From positions 1-28,507 of IMG/VR virus record IMGVR_UViG_3300025736_000137: a stretch of DNA of 28,507 nt; one strand, 5' to 3'. The notes beneath the pieces are model-generated. The model was not told where the DNA came from. It was given only the letters and a program-made list of their open reading frames with translations, and made no database searches. Source of the stretch: a virus (Duplodnaviria > Caudoviricetes). Of this stretch, positions 1 to 7,830 are shown piece after piece (positions within the stretch are counted from its first letter, which is position 1; each line of letters starts with the position of its first letter). The position numbers and the translations under genes were made by a program.

Positions 1-1
1 A

Positions 2-322
2 TGCACCAAGCAAGCGGAAGAGTTGGAAAGACTTCAAAAACGTGACTGCTCTGCATCTATTGAATTATGCTTCAATGATGGGACAGACCATTTCGAAAGA
101 GAGTCCCTTAAAATCGTTGGCATTGGTGTGCCTGATAACATCTACATTGTTGAGAGCCAAACAGTGACTAAGGCATTGGCTGAGCGTGACAAGCTACAGC
201 GTAGGATTGATGAAGCGCCAAGAGCAAGCACATCTATTGAGATGGAGACCCTAATATATGAGGGGACTATTGAAACTGACAAAGAATATTCGATTGTAGA
301 ATTGGAGGCCGATGATGCATGA
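2..322 (+). CDS. hypothetical phage protein, 5'-partial
   Basis: Frame is open from base 2. Ends in TGA overlapping the next gene's start region (GGAGGCCGATGATG). Confidence 0.6.
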   Translation, partial: CTKQAEELERLQKRDCSASIELCFNDGTDHFERESLKIVGIGVPDNIYIVESQTVTKALAERDKLQRRIDEAPRASTSIEMETLIYEGTIETDKEYSIVELEADDA

Positions 323-626
323 TGTGAATTGTCCATATTGCGAAGCGGAACAAGAAATATGTCACGATGATGGCCAAGGTTACGCAGAAGATGAGACCCA
401 CCAGCAAGAGTGTTCTGCATGTGGCAAGACGTTCGTCTTCAATACTTCAATCAGTTTCTATTATGAACCAGCGAAAGCGGATTGTCTGAATGATGCTGAC
501 CATATTTATGAACCGACTCACACCTATCCAGTTGAACATTCAAGGATGCGTTGCAAGATGTGTGATAAAGAACGCAAATGCACAGATGAAGAAATGGAAT
601 CTATCCTAATCCAAAGGAGCCGATGA
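312..626 (+). CDS. Cys-rich zinc-ribbon protein
   Basis: CPYC, CSAC, CKMC motifs; GGAGG RBS; TGA stop in an ATGA overlap. Confidence 0.7.
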   Translation: MMHDVNCPYCEAEQEICHDDGQGYAEDETHQQECSACGKTFVFNTSISFYYEPAKADCLNDADHIYEPTHTYPVEHSRMRCKMCDKERKCTDEEMESILIQRSR

Positions 627-826
627 TGAAACAAGCACCAAGTAATTTTTACGCATTCCCCAGGATTGCCAACACCACAATGACTAAGGCAGACTTGTCA
701 GAGTTATTACTTTCCACTGATGGTTTGATTATGACAAATGGCAGAATGTGGGATATAAAATCAAAGAGCTTAGGCGCTGGCATCTACAGAGTGTCCTTAG
801 AATTGAAGGAGGCCGATGATGAGTAA
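623..826 (+). CDS. hypothetical protein
   Basis: AAGGAG RBS; coupled to neighbours. Confidence 0.6.
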   Translation: MMKQAPSNFYAFPRIANTTMTKADLSELLLSTDGLIMTNGRMWDIKSKSLGAGIYRVSLELKEADDE

Positions 827-977
827 AGATGATGTAACAATCAAAGATATATCTGAATTACAACTTGAGATAGCAGGATTAAAAACAATTGGAGAGTGGA
901 AGGCTTGTGTGAAAAGTTTTGCAGTAAAGCACGAACTCACTGATAGAGAAGCTAATGGGATAAAGGAGCAATCATGA
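816..977 (+). CDS. hypothetical protein, 53 aa (not in ORF track)
   Basis: GGAGG RBS, MMSKDDVTIKDISELQ...; ends in TGA in an ATGA overlap with 974. Confidence 0.6.
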   Translation: MMSKDDVTIKDISELQLEIAGLKTIGEWKACVKSFAVKHELTDREANGIKEQS

Positions 978-1591
978 GCGAGATGAGTCTTAGAGAGCAG
1001 TTTGAGAAAGAGACAGGCTACAAGTTGCCTGACGTTAGGGATTACAATTCATTTGAACTGAATGTTAAACTTGCTGATTATTACGAGCGATTTAGTGGAT
1101 GGATGAAATCCAAGTGCGAAGAACTCCAAAAGGAGAACACTAAGCTGAAAGGTAAATATAACCACCTTGAGAATCACGCCAATGAGCGCGTGCATGACCT
1201 ACACCAACAACTCACAGCCCAATCGAAGGAGCTTGAGGCATGGCAAATCCGCCAACCAGAACAGGCGATAGCTGAACTTACCCTTAGTGAACTTGGACTC
1301 AGGATTGCCAAGATAAATGATGCTAACGGCTGGACACCTATAACCCTAGAGGATTGGAATGACGATTATAAAATAACCGCAATGCTTGGACTAATTATGA
1401 CCGAGTGTTCAGAGGCTATTGAAGCGCACAGAGATAATGATTTTGAAAACTTTGGTGAAGAAATGGCAGACATTCTAATCAGAGCAATAGACTTAGCTGA
1501 ACGGCTTAGAATAAAGACCTACGAGGAGATAGTCTCAAAACTTGATAAGAATGAAAATCGAGGGCATAAGCATGGGGGCAAAAGGATATGA
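974..1591 (+). CDS. coiled-coil + MazG-like NTP pyrophosphohydrolase
   Basis: C-terminal LIMTECSEAIEAHR...EEMADILIRAIDL...NENRGHKHGGK MazG-like pattern. Confidence 0.75.
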   Translation: MSEMSLREQFEKETGYKLPDVRDYNSFELNVKLADYYERFSGWMKSKCEELQKENTKLKGKYNHLENHANERVHDLHQQLTAQSKELEAWQIRQPEQAIAELTLSELGLRIAKINDANGWTPITLEDWNDDYKITAMLGLIMTECSEAIEAHRDNDFENFGEEMADILIRAIDLAERLRIKTYEEIVSKLDKNENRGHKHGGKRI

Positions 1592-1660
1592 TTGCTGTCT
1601 GTGAAGGAGGTGGGGAGTGAGTTCTAAACCACTGAAAGCGAACGATGGAAGGAGAGGGAA

Positions 1661-1933
1661 ATGATTGGGGATTACAAGATAGGTGGTGGTTGGGGTGCTC
1701 GTGTAGGCTGGACCAGGCCAGAACAATTTAAGACAGAAGATGAGTACATTGACGATAAGACACTTTTTGATGTTGATGGACACTATACACCAAGGCCGAA
1801 AAAAGGACAAACTCTTATTGGTGAATTTCAAAACAGTTGGATGCAATTTGAATTTGTAGAAATAGACTACATGAGTAACCCGCCCGACATGTTCTTTGCC
1901 AAGGTAAAACCGATAGACCAGGAAACTAAGTGA
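1661..1933 (+). CDS. hypothetical protein
   Basis: GGAGAGGG RBS, 90 aa, TGA stop. Confidence 0.6.
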   Translation: MIGDYKIGGGWGARVGWTRPEQFKTEDEYIDDKTLFDVDGHYTPRPKKGQTLIGEFQNSWMQFEFVEIDYMSNPPDMFFAKVKPIDQETK

Positions 1934-1937
1934 GTCT

Positions 1938-1993
1938 TTATAACGTGGTTTATACCTCAAGCGTAGCGACGTAGGTATCAAAATGAGTTAGAA
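1938..1993 (-). other. attC-like imperfect palindrome
   Basis: Minus strand reads TTCTAAC-TCATT-TTGATACC-TACGTCGCTACGCTTGA-GGTATAA-ACCAC-GTTATAA (R''/L''/L'/R'-like layout with unpaired bases). Confidence 0.45.
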
Positions 1994-2039
1994 AAATAAT
2001 GAGATTGGGGTCAACAAATAATAATAAAGGAAAAAGTAA

Positions 2040-2546
2040 ATGAGCAATCACTCACTGTTAAAGATAAGAGTTTCGGACATTTCACAAGAAATTGTCGAAC
2101 TATACAAAAAGCAGATATCAGAGCGTGACCCTATGGATGCAGGATTTGACCTATTTGTTCCAGAGCCTCATGCCGTAAGGAAGTTGCAAACTTCGAATGT
2201 TATCAATCACAAGGTACAGATAGAGTTTCATATCGGTGAACCATTCTATAATGCAGCACATGGAAATCTTGATAAGCTAAGACCTTCCTATATACTAATG
2301 ACTCCACGTTCAAGTATCTCCAAAACCTCACTACGTTTAGCTAATAGTGTTGGAGTTATCGACTCAGGATATAGAGGCGACTTGATTTCTAAAGTTGACA
2401 ATCTAGGCACAGAAAAAATGATTAAGGCTGGAACTTCACTGTTTCAATTAATAGTAGGAGAGCATTGCGATGTACAACTTGTTAGTAAGTTTTCTGGAAC
2501 TAAGCGCGGTAAAAGCGGTTTCGGCTCGACTGGAAATACTATATAA
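2040..2546 (+). CDS. dut: trimeric dUTPase
   Basis: Motifs DAGFDL, PRSS, GVIDSGYRG, LFQL, RGxxGFGSTG. Confidence 0.93.
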   Translation: MSNHSLLKIRVSDISQEIVELYKKQISERDPMDAGFDLFVPEPHAVRKLQTSNVINHKVQIEFHIGEPFYNAAHGNLDKLRPSYILMTPRSSISKTSLRLANSVGVIDSGYRGDLISKVDNLGTEKMIKAGTSLFQLIVGEHCDVQLVSKFSGTKRGKSGFGSTGNTI

Positions 2547-2555
2547 AGGTGTTGT

Positions 2556-2741
2556 ATTCTTAATATTTGGACAACCAATAGCCAACAATACCACAAATTA
2601 TACATACTTAAATTGGAACAGAGTGAAAGCAAATGCTGGTTCTGTGGACCCCACAGTGGGTGCAATGGAAGTTATGGTGATTGGGGTGATGAACGCAGTT
2701 GGAAGGAATACAGGAAATACCAATGCAAAGATAGGTGTTAA
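2556..2741 (+). CDS. small Cys-containing phage protein, probable non-canonical (ATT) start
   Basis: Open frame ...TTNSQQYHKLY...CWFCGPHSGCN...RSWKEYRKYQCK fills the dut-pth2 gap; AAGGTG lies upstream of ATT. Confidence 0.45.
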   Translation: MLNIWTTNSQQYHKLYILKLEQSESKCWFCGPHSGCNGSYGDWGDERSWKEYRKYQCKDRC

Positions 2742-2742
2742 T

Positions 2743-3087
2743 ATGAAACAAGTGATAGTATTGAGAAAAGATTTGAAAATGCGTAAGGGTAAAATGATTG
2801 CTCAAGGAGCACACGCTTCAATGATAGTATTATTGGATTATCCAAAGCATGAATTTGTTCAGGAATGGTTATCTGGACAATTTACGAAAATAGCAGTAAG
2901 TGTGGATTCAGAAGATGAACTTTTGGAATTGTACGAAAAAGCTAAAGAAGCTAAATTACCATGTTCATTGGTAACTGACGCTGGGAGAACTGAATTCAAT
3001 GGGGTTGCAACCATAACCTCAATTGCAGTTGGTCCCGGACCAATAGAAGAAATTGATAAAATTACAGGAAATCTGAAATTATTGTAA
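2743..3087 (+). CDS. pth2: peptidyl-tRNA hydrolase, Pth2 family
   Basis: KQVIVLRKDLKMRKGKMIAQGAHAS, DAGRTEF, IAVGP, IDKITGNLKLL. Start placed at ATG 2743, not 2470. Confidence 0.93.
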   Translation: MKQVIVLRKDLKMRKGKMIAQGAHASMIVLLDYPKHEFVQEWLSGQFTKIAVSVDSEDELLELYEKAKEAKLPCSLVTDAGRTEFNGVATITSIAVGPGPIEEIDKITGNLKLL

Positions 3088-3095
3088 AATAACGG

Positions 3096-3124
3096 TTGAC
3101 TTTGTGGATTTTATCTTGTATCTT
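3096..3124 (+). promoter_or_regulatory. sigma70-type (early) promoter 1
   Basis: TTGACT-17 nt-TATCTT; one of five near-identical intergenic copies. Confidence 0.8.
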
Positions 3125-3205
3125 GTAGTATGATAAGGTGGAGATTATGGGAGATAGAGCCCCAGATTTTATCGAAACCGATTAGGTAGCTCTACTAATC
3201 AATAT

Positions 3206-3279
3206 GGGCCTAAAGCTTTAATGGTGAAGCACTCGCCTTTTAAGCGAGAGAACGTCGGGTTCGATACCCCGTGGGCCTA
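3206..3279 (+). tRNA. tRNA-Lys(TTT)
   Basis: GGGCCTA/TGGGCCT acceptor, CTCGC-CTTTTAA-GCGAG anticodon arm, TTCGA T-loop. Confidence 0.88.
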
Positions 3280-3292
3280 CTAAAATAAGGAA

Positions 3293-3613
3293 ATGAAAAT
3301 GAGAACCGAGCATATAGAAAAATGGATTCCAATCAATGAATGTACCCATTGTGGATTCTATAAAATCGAAGCTCGTAACTTTGGTTATGGGGTTTTTGTA
3401 AATAATCAGGAAGCACATAATAATGCGTTCATCGGAATAAGAACTAAGTTCGGTGGTGAATTTTTGGCCAAGGAATTACATTGGGATGAAGACGATCATT
3501 ATGGTACAGCCAAACCGTTGGAATTTATAGAAGCTTGTCCATATAACTATGATACCCAACGCAAAGAAATGTTTAAATGGATAGAAGAAAAAATAAGTGG
3601 TTTGGAAGATTAA
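3293..3613 (+). CDS. hypothetical phage protein
   Basis: AAGGA RBS, 106 aa, TAA stop. Confidence 0.7.
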   Translation: MKMRTEHIEKWIPINECTHCGFYKIEARNFGYGVFVNNQEAHNNAFIGIRTKFGGEFLAKELHWDEDDHYGTAKPLEFIEACPYNYDTQRKEMFKWIEEKISGLED

Positions 3614-3617
3614 GACG

Positions 3618-3625
3618 ATACTTAT
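3618..3625 (+). promoter_or_regulatory. MTAYTTAT motif (candidate phage-sigma/late promoter)
   Basis: ATACTTAT 7 nt upstream of tRNA-Gln; recurs in other intergenic gaps. Confidence 0.4.
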
Positions 3626-3632
3626 AATAAAT

Positions 3633-3704
3633 AGGGATATGGTATAACGGCAATTACGCGGGGTTTTGAACCCTTAAATTCCAGTTCGATTCTGGATATC
3701 CCCA
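3633..3704 (+). tRNA. tRNA-Gln(TTG)
   Basis: GGGATA/TATCCC acceptor with 1-72 mismatch, loop TTTTGAA, TCCAG-TTCGATT-CTGGA T arm. Confidence 0.82.
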
Positions 3705-3709
3705 CAAAT

Positions 3710-3781
3710 TGATTCATGGTGTAACGGTAGCATCGCAGGTTCTGAGCCTGTCAGGTCGGGGTTCAAATCCCTGTGAATCAG
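3710..3781 (+). tRNA. tRNA-Gln(CTG)
   Basis: TGATTCA/TGAATCA acceptor, GCAGG-TTCTGAG-CCTGT anticodon arm. Confidence 0.9.
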
Positions 3782-3801
3782 CAAAACAAAATGGAGGTTA
3801 T

Positions 3802-4029
3802 ATGTCACAATTTTATGGCACAGTTCAAGGTAATAGAGGACAAACCAGTCGTGGTGGGTCTAAGAATTCAGGGTTAGAAACATATACAGCATCATGGAGC
3901 GGAGCAATCAGATGTTACGCATACTATGACAAGGAAACTGATACCGACATGGTCAGGGTTGAAAAGACTACTTGGCGTGGACAGGGTGACAGTAAAATAT
4001 TATATGACGGGCCAATCGGTCAAGAATAA
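3802..4029 (+). CDS. hypothetical phage protein
   Basis: GGAGG RBS then MSQFYGTVQGNRGQ. The 3709 start in the track lies inside a tRNA. Confidence 0.75.
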   Translation: MSQFYGTVQGNRGQTSRGGSKNSGLETYTASWSGAIRCYAYYDKETDTDMVRVEKTTWRGQGDSKILYDGPIGQE

Positions 4030-4035
4030 CAAAAT

Positions 4036-4110
4036 GCGGGTGTAGCTCAGTCTGGTAGAGCTCCAGGGCGACATCCTGGGCAAGCGTCGGTTCGAATCCT
4101 GCCACTCGTA
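4036..4110 (+). tRNA. tRNA-Val(GAC), atypical loop (G32, C33)
   Basis: GCGGGTG/CACTCGT acceptor, GCTC/GAGC D stem, CCAGG-GCGACAT-CCTGG. Confidence 0.75.
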
Positions 4111-4137
4111 CAAAACATTAAATTAAAAGGAATATCA

Positions 4138-4341
4138 ATGTCAGAAGTTAAAATTGTTAGTGAAGGTAAACGATTCAGGGAAATTATTAAAGATGGGGTT
4201 ACGATTCATCAGGAAAAGGATGACCGAGGAAATTGGGTTGCCCGTTTTTCCATGAAGGAATACACTCGGATTGCCAAAGAGCGTGAAGCTGAAGAGAAAA
4301 AGAAAATCCAGAGGCAGGAGCACAAAGAGAATAATGCTTAA
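4138..4341 (+). CDS. hypothetical protein
   Basis: AAGGA RBS, 67 aa. Confidence 0.65.
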   Translation: MSEVKIVSEGKRFREIIKDGVTIHQEKDDRGNWVARFSMKEYTRIAKEREAEEKKKIQRQEHKENNA

Positions 4342-4462
4342 AAAATTGTGGTGCCGGATATTTGGTCATAAAGAATATACAATGGTATCACAACCATGGC
4401 AGGAAAATAGGGCAACGTGGAATATAGTATGCCCAAGATGTGGAGAAATATTGCGTGGTTAA
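4334..4462 (+). CDS. small Cys/His phage protein (DUF1660-like)
   Basis: LWCRIFGHK...CPRCG pattern; start at ATG 4334. Confidence 0.6.
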   Translation: MLKKLWCRIFGHKEYTMVSQPWQENRATWNIVCPRCGEILRG

Positions 4463-4988
4463 TCTAACTAAAAAAAGTAAATTATTGGCTCTCATTTTGA
4501 GACACAAGCCGGAACAATTCAATATTACATTGGATTCTGAAGGTTATGCTGATGTATCGGAACTACTGGATACTGGCAAATTTACTATGGATGAATTGGA
4601 AGGAATCGTAAATACCGGACCGAAAATCAGATATGCATTTGACATCACTGGTGAAAAGGTTAGGGCAATGCAGGGACATTCCATTGAAGTTGATTTGAAA
4701 TTGGAATCAGTTGAACCTCCAAAATTTTTATATCATGGGACCCCCACTAAAAATATTGATCCGATCATGAAAAATGGATTAAATAGGGGCAATCGACAAT
4801 ATGTTCATCTATCAGAAGATGAATTTACTGCAGGTGTGGTTGGAATGAGGAGGGATCATGACCCCGCCATCTTAGTAATAGATGCATTAAAATTGCACAA
4901 AGATGGGCATCCATTCTATTTAGCAGAAAATGGGGTTTGGCTAACAGACAATTTTGATTCACAATGGGTACATAGAATTATTTGGTAA
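4455..4988 (+). CDS. kptA: RNA 2'-phosphotransferase (Tpt1/KptA)
   Basis: SKLLALILRHKP, IRY, RAMQGHS, LYHGT, RQYVHLS, NGVWLT motifs. Confidence 0.93.
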   Translation: MVNLTKKSKLLALILRHKPEQFNITLDSEGYADVSELLDTGKFTMDELEGIVNTGPKIRYAFDITGEKVRAMQGHSIEVDLKLESVEPPKFLYHGTPTKNIDPIMKNGLNRGNRQYVHLSEDEFTAGVVGMRRDHDPAILVIDALKLHKDGHPFYLAENGVWLTDNFDSQWVHRIIW

Positions 4989-4999
4989 TGGAGGTTACT

Positions 5000-5242
5000 A
5001 TGGATAAGTTAAGTAAAGTTGAAATGAATGCAATAATTGAGGCACTTCTGTTTACATATTGTGTTGATATTAATGCGGATTTCGAAGTCGATGACGAAAC
5101 GCTATTTGAGATAGCTGTTAAACTTCAGAAAATGATGGGTGAGAAAGCTACCCTGAATAAATTTTATATTTTGGGCGGGGCACATGAAGAACCCCATAAA
5201 GTTAAAAATTTAATTGCCAATTTTGATATGAAAGTTGGCTAG
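5000..5242 (+). CDS. hypothetical protein
   Basis: GGAGG RBS before ATG 5000. Confidence 0.65.
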   Translation: MDKLSKVEMNAIIEALLFTYCVDINADFEVDDETLFEIAVKLQKMMGEKATLNKFYILGGAHEEPHKVKNLIANFDMKVG

Positions 5243-5248
5243 TATAAT

Positions 5249-5319
5249 CCTGCTATAGTTTAATGGTAGAATTCGTGTGTGGTATTCATGAGATCGTGGT
5301 TCGATTCCACGTGGCAGGA
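5249..5319 (+). tRNA. tRNA-Thr(GGT)
   Basis: CCTGCTA/TGGCAGG acceptor, loop GTGGTAT, CGTGG-TTCGATT-CCACG. Confidence 0.8.
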
Positions 5320-5324
5320 CAATT

Positions 5325-5398
5325 GCTCTTATAGTATAATTGGATTAGTACAGGACTTTCGTAATGTCCAAGCATCGGTTCGAAACCGTTTAAGAGCT
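5325..5398 (+). tRNA. tRNA-Thr(CGT)
   Basis: GCTCTTA/TAAGAGC acceptor, GGACT-TTCGTAA-TGTCC. Confidence 0.85.
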
Positions 5399-5411
5399 CA
5401 AGGAGAAAAAT

Positions 5412-5942
5412 GTGACTAAAAGAAAATTAAATAAAGCCGAAACGTGGGAACAAATGGAAGCCCGATGGGCACAAGAAAAGGCGGATAGAACAATGTTAGT
5501 AAAAATATGGGATGCCATTACTGACCATACATATTGGCCAGTTTATAGATTTTTCAACAATGCACCATACAGAACATACATCAAACGGCCTCTTCAGAGA
5601 GCCATTAGGGGATATGATGAATCAGCACATTGGAGCTTGGATTATCATTTTTGTAAAGTTATTCTACCTCCACTAAAGGAACTACGTGAGAAAACTCATG
5701 GGCACCCATCCACAATTGATTCATTCGATGAATGGAAAAAAATATTAGATGAGATGATTGAGGGCTTCGAATTGGCCGATAAAATGACTGATGGATTTGC
5801 AATTTTCCAAGAGGATTTTGACAAATTGCCCGACCACATGAAAAAAGTATATCAGAAACCACACTGTGAAATTATCAGTAAAGAAAAAAGGGATAGGGCG
5901 TTCGATTTGTTCAAGGAACATTTCCACGCTCTTTGGGATTAA
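5412..5942 (+). CDS. hypothetical phage protein
   Basis: AGGAG RBS, GTG start, 176 aa. Confidence 0.75.
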   Translation: MTKRKLNKAETWEQMEARWAQEKADRTMLVKIWDAITDHTYWPVYRFFNNAPYRTYIKRPLQRAIRGYDESAHWSLDYHFCKVILPPLKELREKTHGHPSTIDSFDEWKKILDEMIEGFELADKMTDGFAIFQEDFDKLPDHMKKVYQKPHCEIISKEKRDRAFDLFKEHFHALWD

Positions 5943-5943
5943 G

Positions 5944-6294
5944 ATGGAAAAAATTTATGTAGTAACAACAATCTTTGTACCAGTGGAATCTCAAGGTTTA
6001 GATACATGGTCAAAAGATTTTAAGGTTGAAGATTACCCAAAAACCAAAACAAGATGTGTAGCTTGGTATCCAGAAGAATCCAATGCCATCGCATGTGTAA
6101 TGGGTGGTGGGACATTCTTATCCGAAGATGGATATTACAATTTGGCAGTAATTGAAGAAATTGGCCCCGGTATTTATCCATATCCTGGAGATGATGGTGA
6201 ACAATGGTTTTCGTATGACAATGAAACTGAGAAGTGGAGTCCGACGGATAAACCTAAATTCTATGAACGTGTTATGGGATTTGGTATAGGGTAG
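5944..6294 (+). CDS. hypothetical phage protein
   Basis: ATG 1 nt after the previous stop; ends GFGIG. Confidence 0.7.
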   Translation: MEKIYVVTTIFVPVESQGLDTWSKDFKVEDYPKTKTRCVAWYPEESNAIACVMGGGTFLSEDGYYNLAVIEEIGPGIYPYPGDDGEQWFSYDNETEKWSPTDKPKFYERVMGFGIG

Positions 6295-6295
6295 T

Positions 6296-6356
6296 AAGTC
6301 CCTCGTTAGGGACATTAGAGGGGAAAACACCCGTTAATGTGTACAATCGGGGACTT
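6296..6356 (+). other. intergenic structured element (long hairpin)
   Basis: AAGTCCC/GGGACTT outer stem and ACATTA/TAATGT inner stem; alternative GTCCCT/AGGGAC hairpin. Confidence 0.45.
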
Positions 6357-6386
6357 TATAGAAGGTCGTGAAATAGAAATTTTAAT

Positions 6387-6469
6387 GGAGAATTCGACAT
6401 TGGAAAGTCAAGCATCTTGGAAAGGTGTGGCTCGGAAACGGGTTGTAGGTTCAATTCCTGCATTCTCCG
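6387..6469 (+). tRNA. tRNA-Ser(GGA)
   Basis: GGAGAAT/ATTCTCC, G73, GCATC-TTGGAAA-GGTGT, long variable arm GGCTCG-GAAA-CGGGTT. Confidence 0.9.
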
Positions 6470-6474
6470 CAACA

Positions 6475-6546
6475 GTGGTATTCGTATAGTGGTTATTATG
6501 AGTGATTGCCGATCATTAGACGGGAGTTCGATTCTCCCATACCACA
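6475..6546 (+). tRNA. tRNA-Gly(GCC)
   Basis: GTGGTAT/ATACCAC, AGTGA-TTGCCGA-TCATT, GGGAG/CTCCC T stem. Confidence 0.82.
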
Positions 6547-6564
6547 CTTGAATAATGTAAAAAA

Positions 6565-6726
6565 TTGGTTTATTATAAAAATGACAAACCAAAATTAATT
6601 GAAGTTAAGCCGGAAGCGACCATAAACATGTGGAATAACCCGATAAAAATAACTGCAATGAAAAAATTTGCAAAAAAGAATGATTGGAATTTTCAAATTT
6701 GGTCAGAGAAAGAGTTGGGGATATAA
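6565..6726 (+). pseudogene. C-terminal fragment of a TnsA-N/gp4-like PD-(D/E)XK endonuclease
   Basis: LVYY...LIEVKP...N..KI.AMKKFA..NDWNFQIWSEKELGI; the upstream PD motif is absent (in-frame TAA at 6553). Confidence 0.55.
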
Positions 6727-7028
6727 TGAAAGTTGTGCATTGTAAAAAATCTCCGTTTGATATTTACATCGGCCGACCTACAAAGTGGGGAAACCCATTT
6801 ACCCATGATGGTGAAGCACAGGCTCGGTACAAAGTGGATACTCGAGAAGAAGCAATTGAAATGTACAAATGGTGGGTGGTTAGACAACCACATCTAATGA
6901 GTACATTGCACGAATTAAAAGGAAAAACATTGGGGTGTTGGTGTAAACCAAAAGCATGTCATGGTGAAATATTAATAGAACTGGTAAATAATTTGGAAAA
7001 AAAGGAAAATGCAGATGAATCTGAATGA
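6726..7028 (+). CDS. DUF4326 family protein
   Basis: VVHCKK..DIYIGRPTKWGNPF...LKGKTLGCWCKPKACHG; ends TGA (TAG at 7043 if TGA is read through). Confidence 0.85.
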   Translation: MKVVHCKKSPFDIYIGRPTKWGNPFTHDGEAQARYKVDTREEAIEMYKWWVVRQPHLMSTLHELKGKTLGCWCKPKACHGEILIELVNNLEKKENADESE

Positions 7029-7170
7029 ACTGATTTTGAGTAGGATTGAAAATGGCGTCAACCCAATTACAGGGAGAGATATGGCCCCAAATGAAGAAGT
7101 GGTAGTTGTAAACTACAATGGAACTGAATGTATGGTTCCCAAGGAATACATCCACTATAAGGGAAAATAA
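7009..7170 (+). CDS. hypothetical protein, 53 aa (not in track)
   Basis: AAGGA RBS, MQMNLNELILSRIENGVNPITG...; TAA overlaps the next ATG. Confidence 0.6.
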   Translation: MQMNLNELILSRIENGVNPITGRDMAPNEEVVVVNYNGTECMVPKEYIHYKGK

Positions 7171-7772
7171 TGGAACGATTTGTTACAGCTGATCTCCACT
7201 TCGCTCATCAGAGCATCATACGGCACTGTGATAGGCCGTTTGAAAATGTTAATGAGATGAACGAAGTGTTGGTTAGAAATTGGAATTCGGTTGTATCGGA
7301 TGGTGACCTTGTATATGTCCTAGGGGATTTTGCATGGACGCGTCCAGATTATTGGATGGATAGACTAAACGGAAATAAGATATTGATCATAGGGAATCAC
7401 GATACCCTTAACAGTATTGCTAAGAAAAGGTTTGAGTTCATCAAGCCACTATATGACACAAGGATCGAAAGACAATCGGTTACAATGTGCCATTATCAAA
7501 TGAATGAATGGAATAAGTCGTTTCATGGTGCGTGGCATCTATATGGTCACTCACATGGTAACGCGACTGAATGGGAAGATAAGCTATCTTTTGATGTTGG
7601 GACCGACCTTTGGAATTACACTCCAATTCATTGGAGCACAGTTGTAAAGAAAATGAAACATAAAGAGGCTATCAGAGCCGAAATGAAAGCACGACTTGAG
7701 GCTGAAAGCCCTTGGGTTCCTGGTGCAAATCGTGAGAAAATCACCGAATTAAATAGACAATTTATAAAATAA
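7170..7772 (+). CDS. calcineurin-like metallophosphoesterase
   Basis: DLH, LGDF, GNHD, HY, GHSH motifs. Confidence 0.9.
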   Translation: MERFVTADLHFAHQSIIRHCDRPFENVNEMNEVLVRNWNSVVSDGDLVYVLGDFAWTRPDYWMDRLNGNKILIIGNHDTLNSIAKKRFEFIKPLYDTRIERQSVTMCHYQMNEWNKSFHGAWHLYGHSHGNATEWEDKLSFDVGTDLWNYTPIHWSTVVKKMKHKEAIRAEMKARLEAESPWVPGANREKITELNRQFIK

Positions 7773-7775
7773 CAG

Positions 7776-7804
7776 TTGACTTTGTCGTTTTTATCTTGTA
7801 TCTT
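7776..7804 (+). promoter_or_regulatory. sigma70-type promoter 2
   Basis: TTGACT-17-TATCTT. Confidence 0.8.
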
Positions 7805-7830
7805 GTGGTACGATAAAAAGGAGACATTAA

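Noticed and set aside
2470-2742. N-terminal extension of Pth2
   Set aside because: It overlaps dut. The Pth2 domain starts at ATG 2743 and another frame explains the gap better.
3709-3801. ORF start at 3709
   Set aside because: It lies within tRNA-Gln(CTG); the RBS supports 3802.
7026-7043. TGA ending DUF4326 as evidence for either code
   Set aside because: Read-through adds only five residues before TAG, so it is uninformative.
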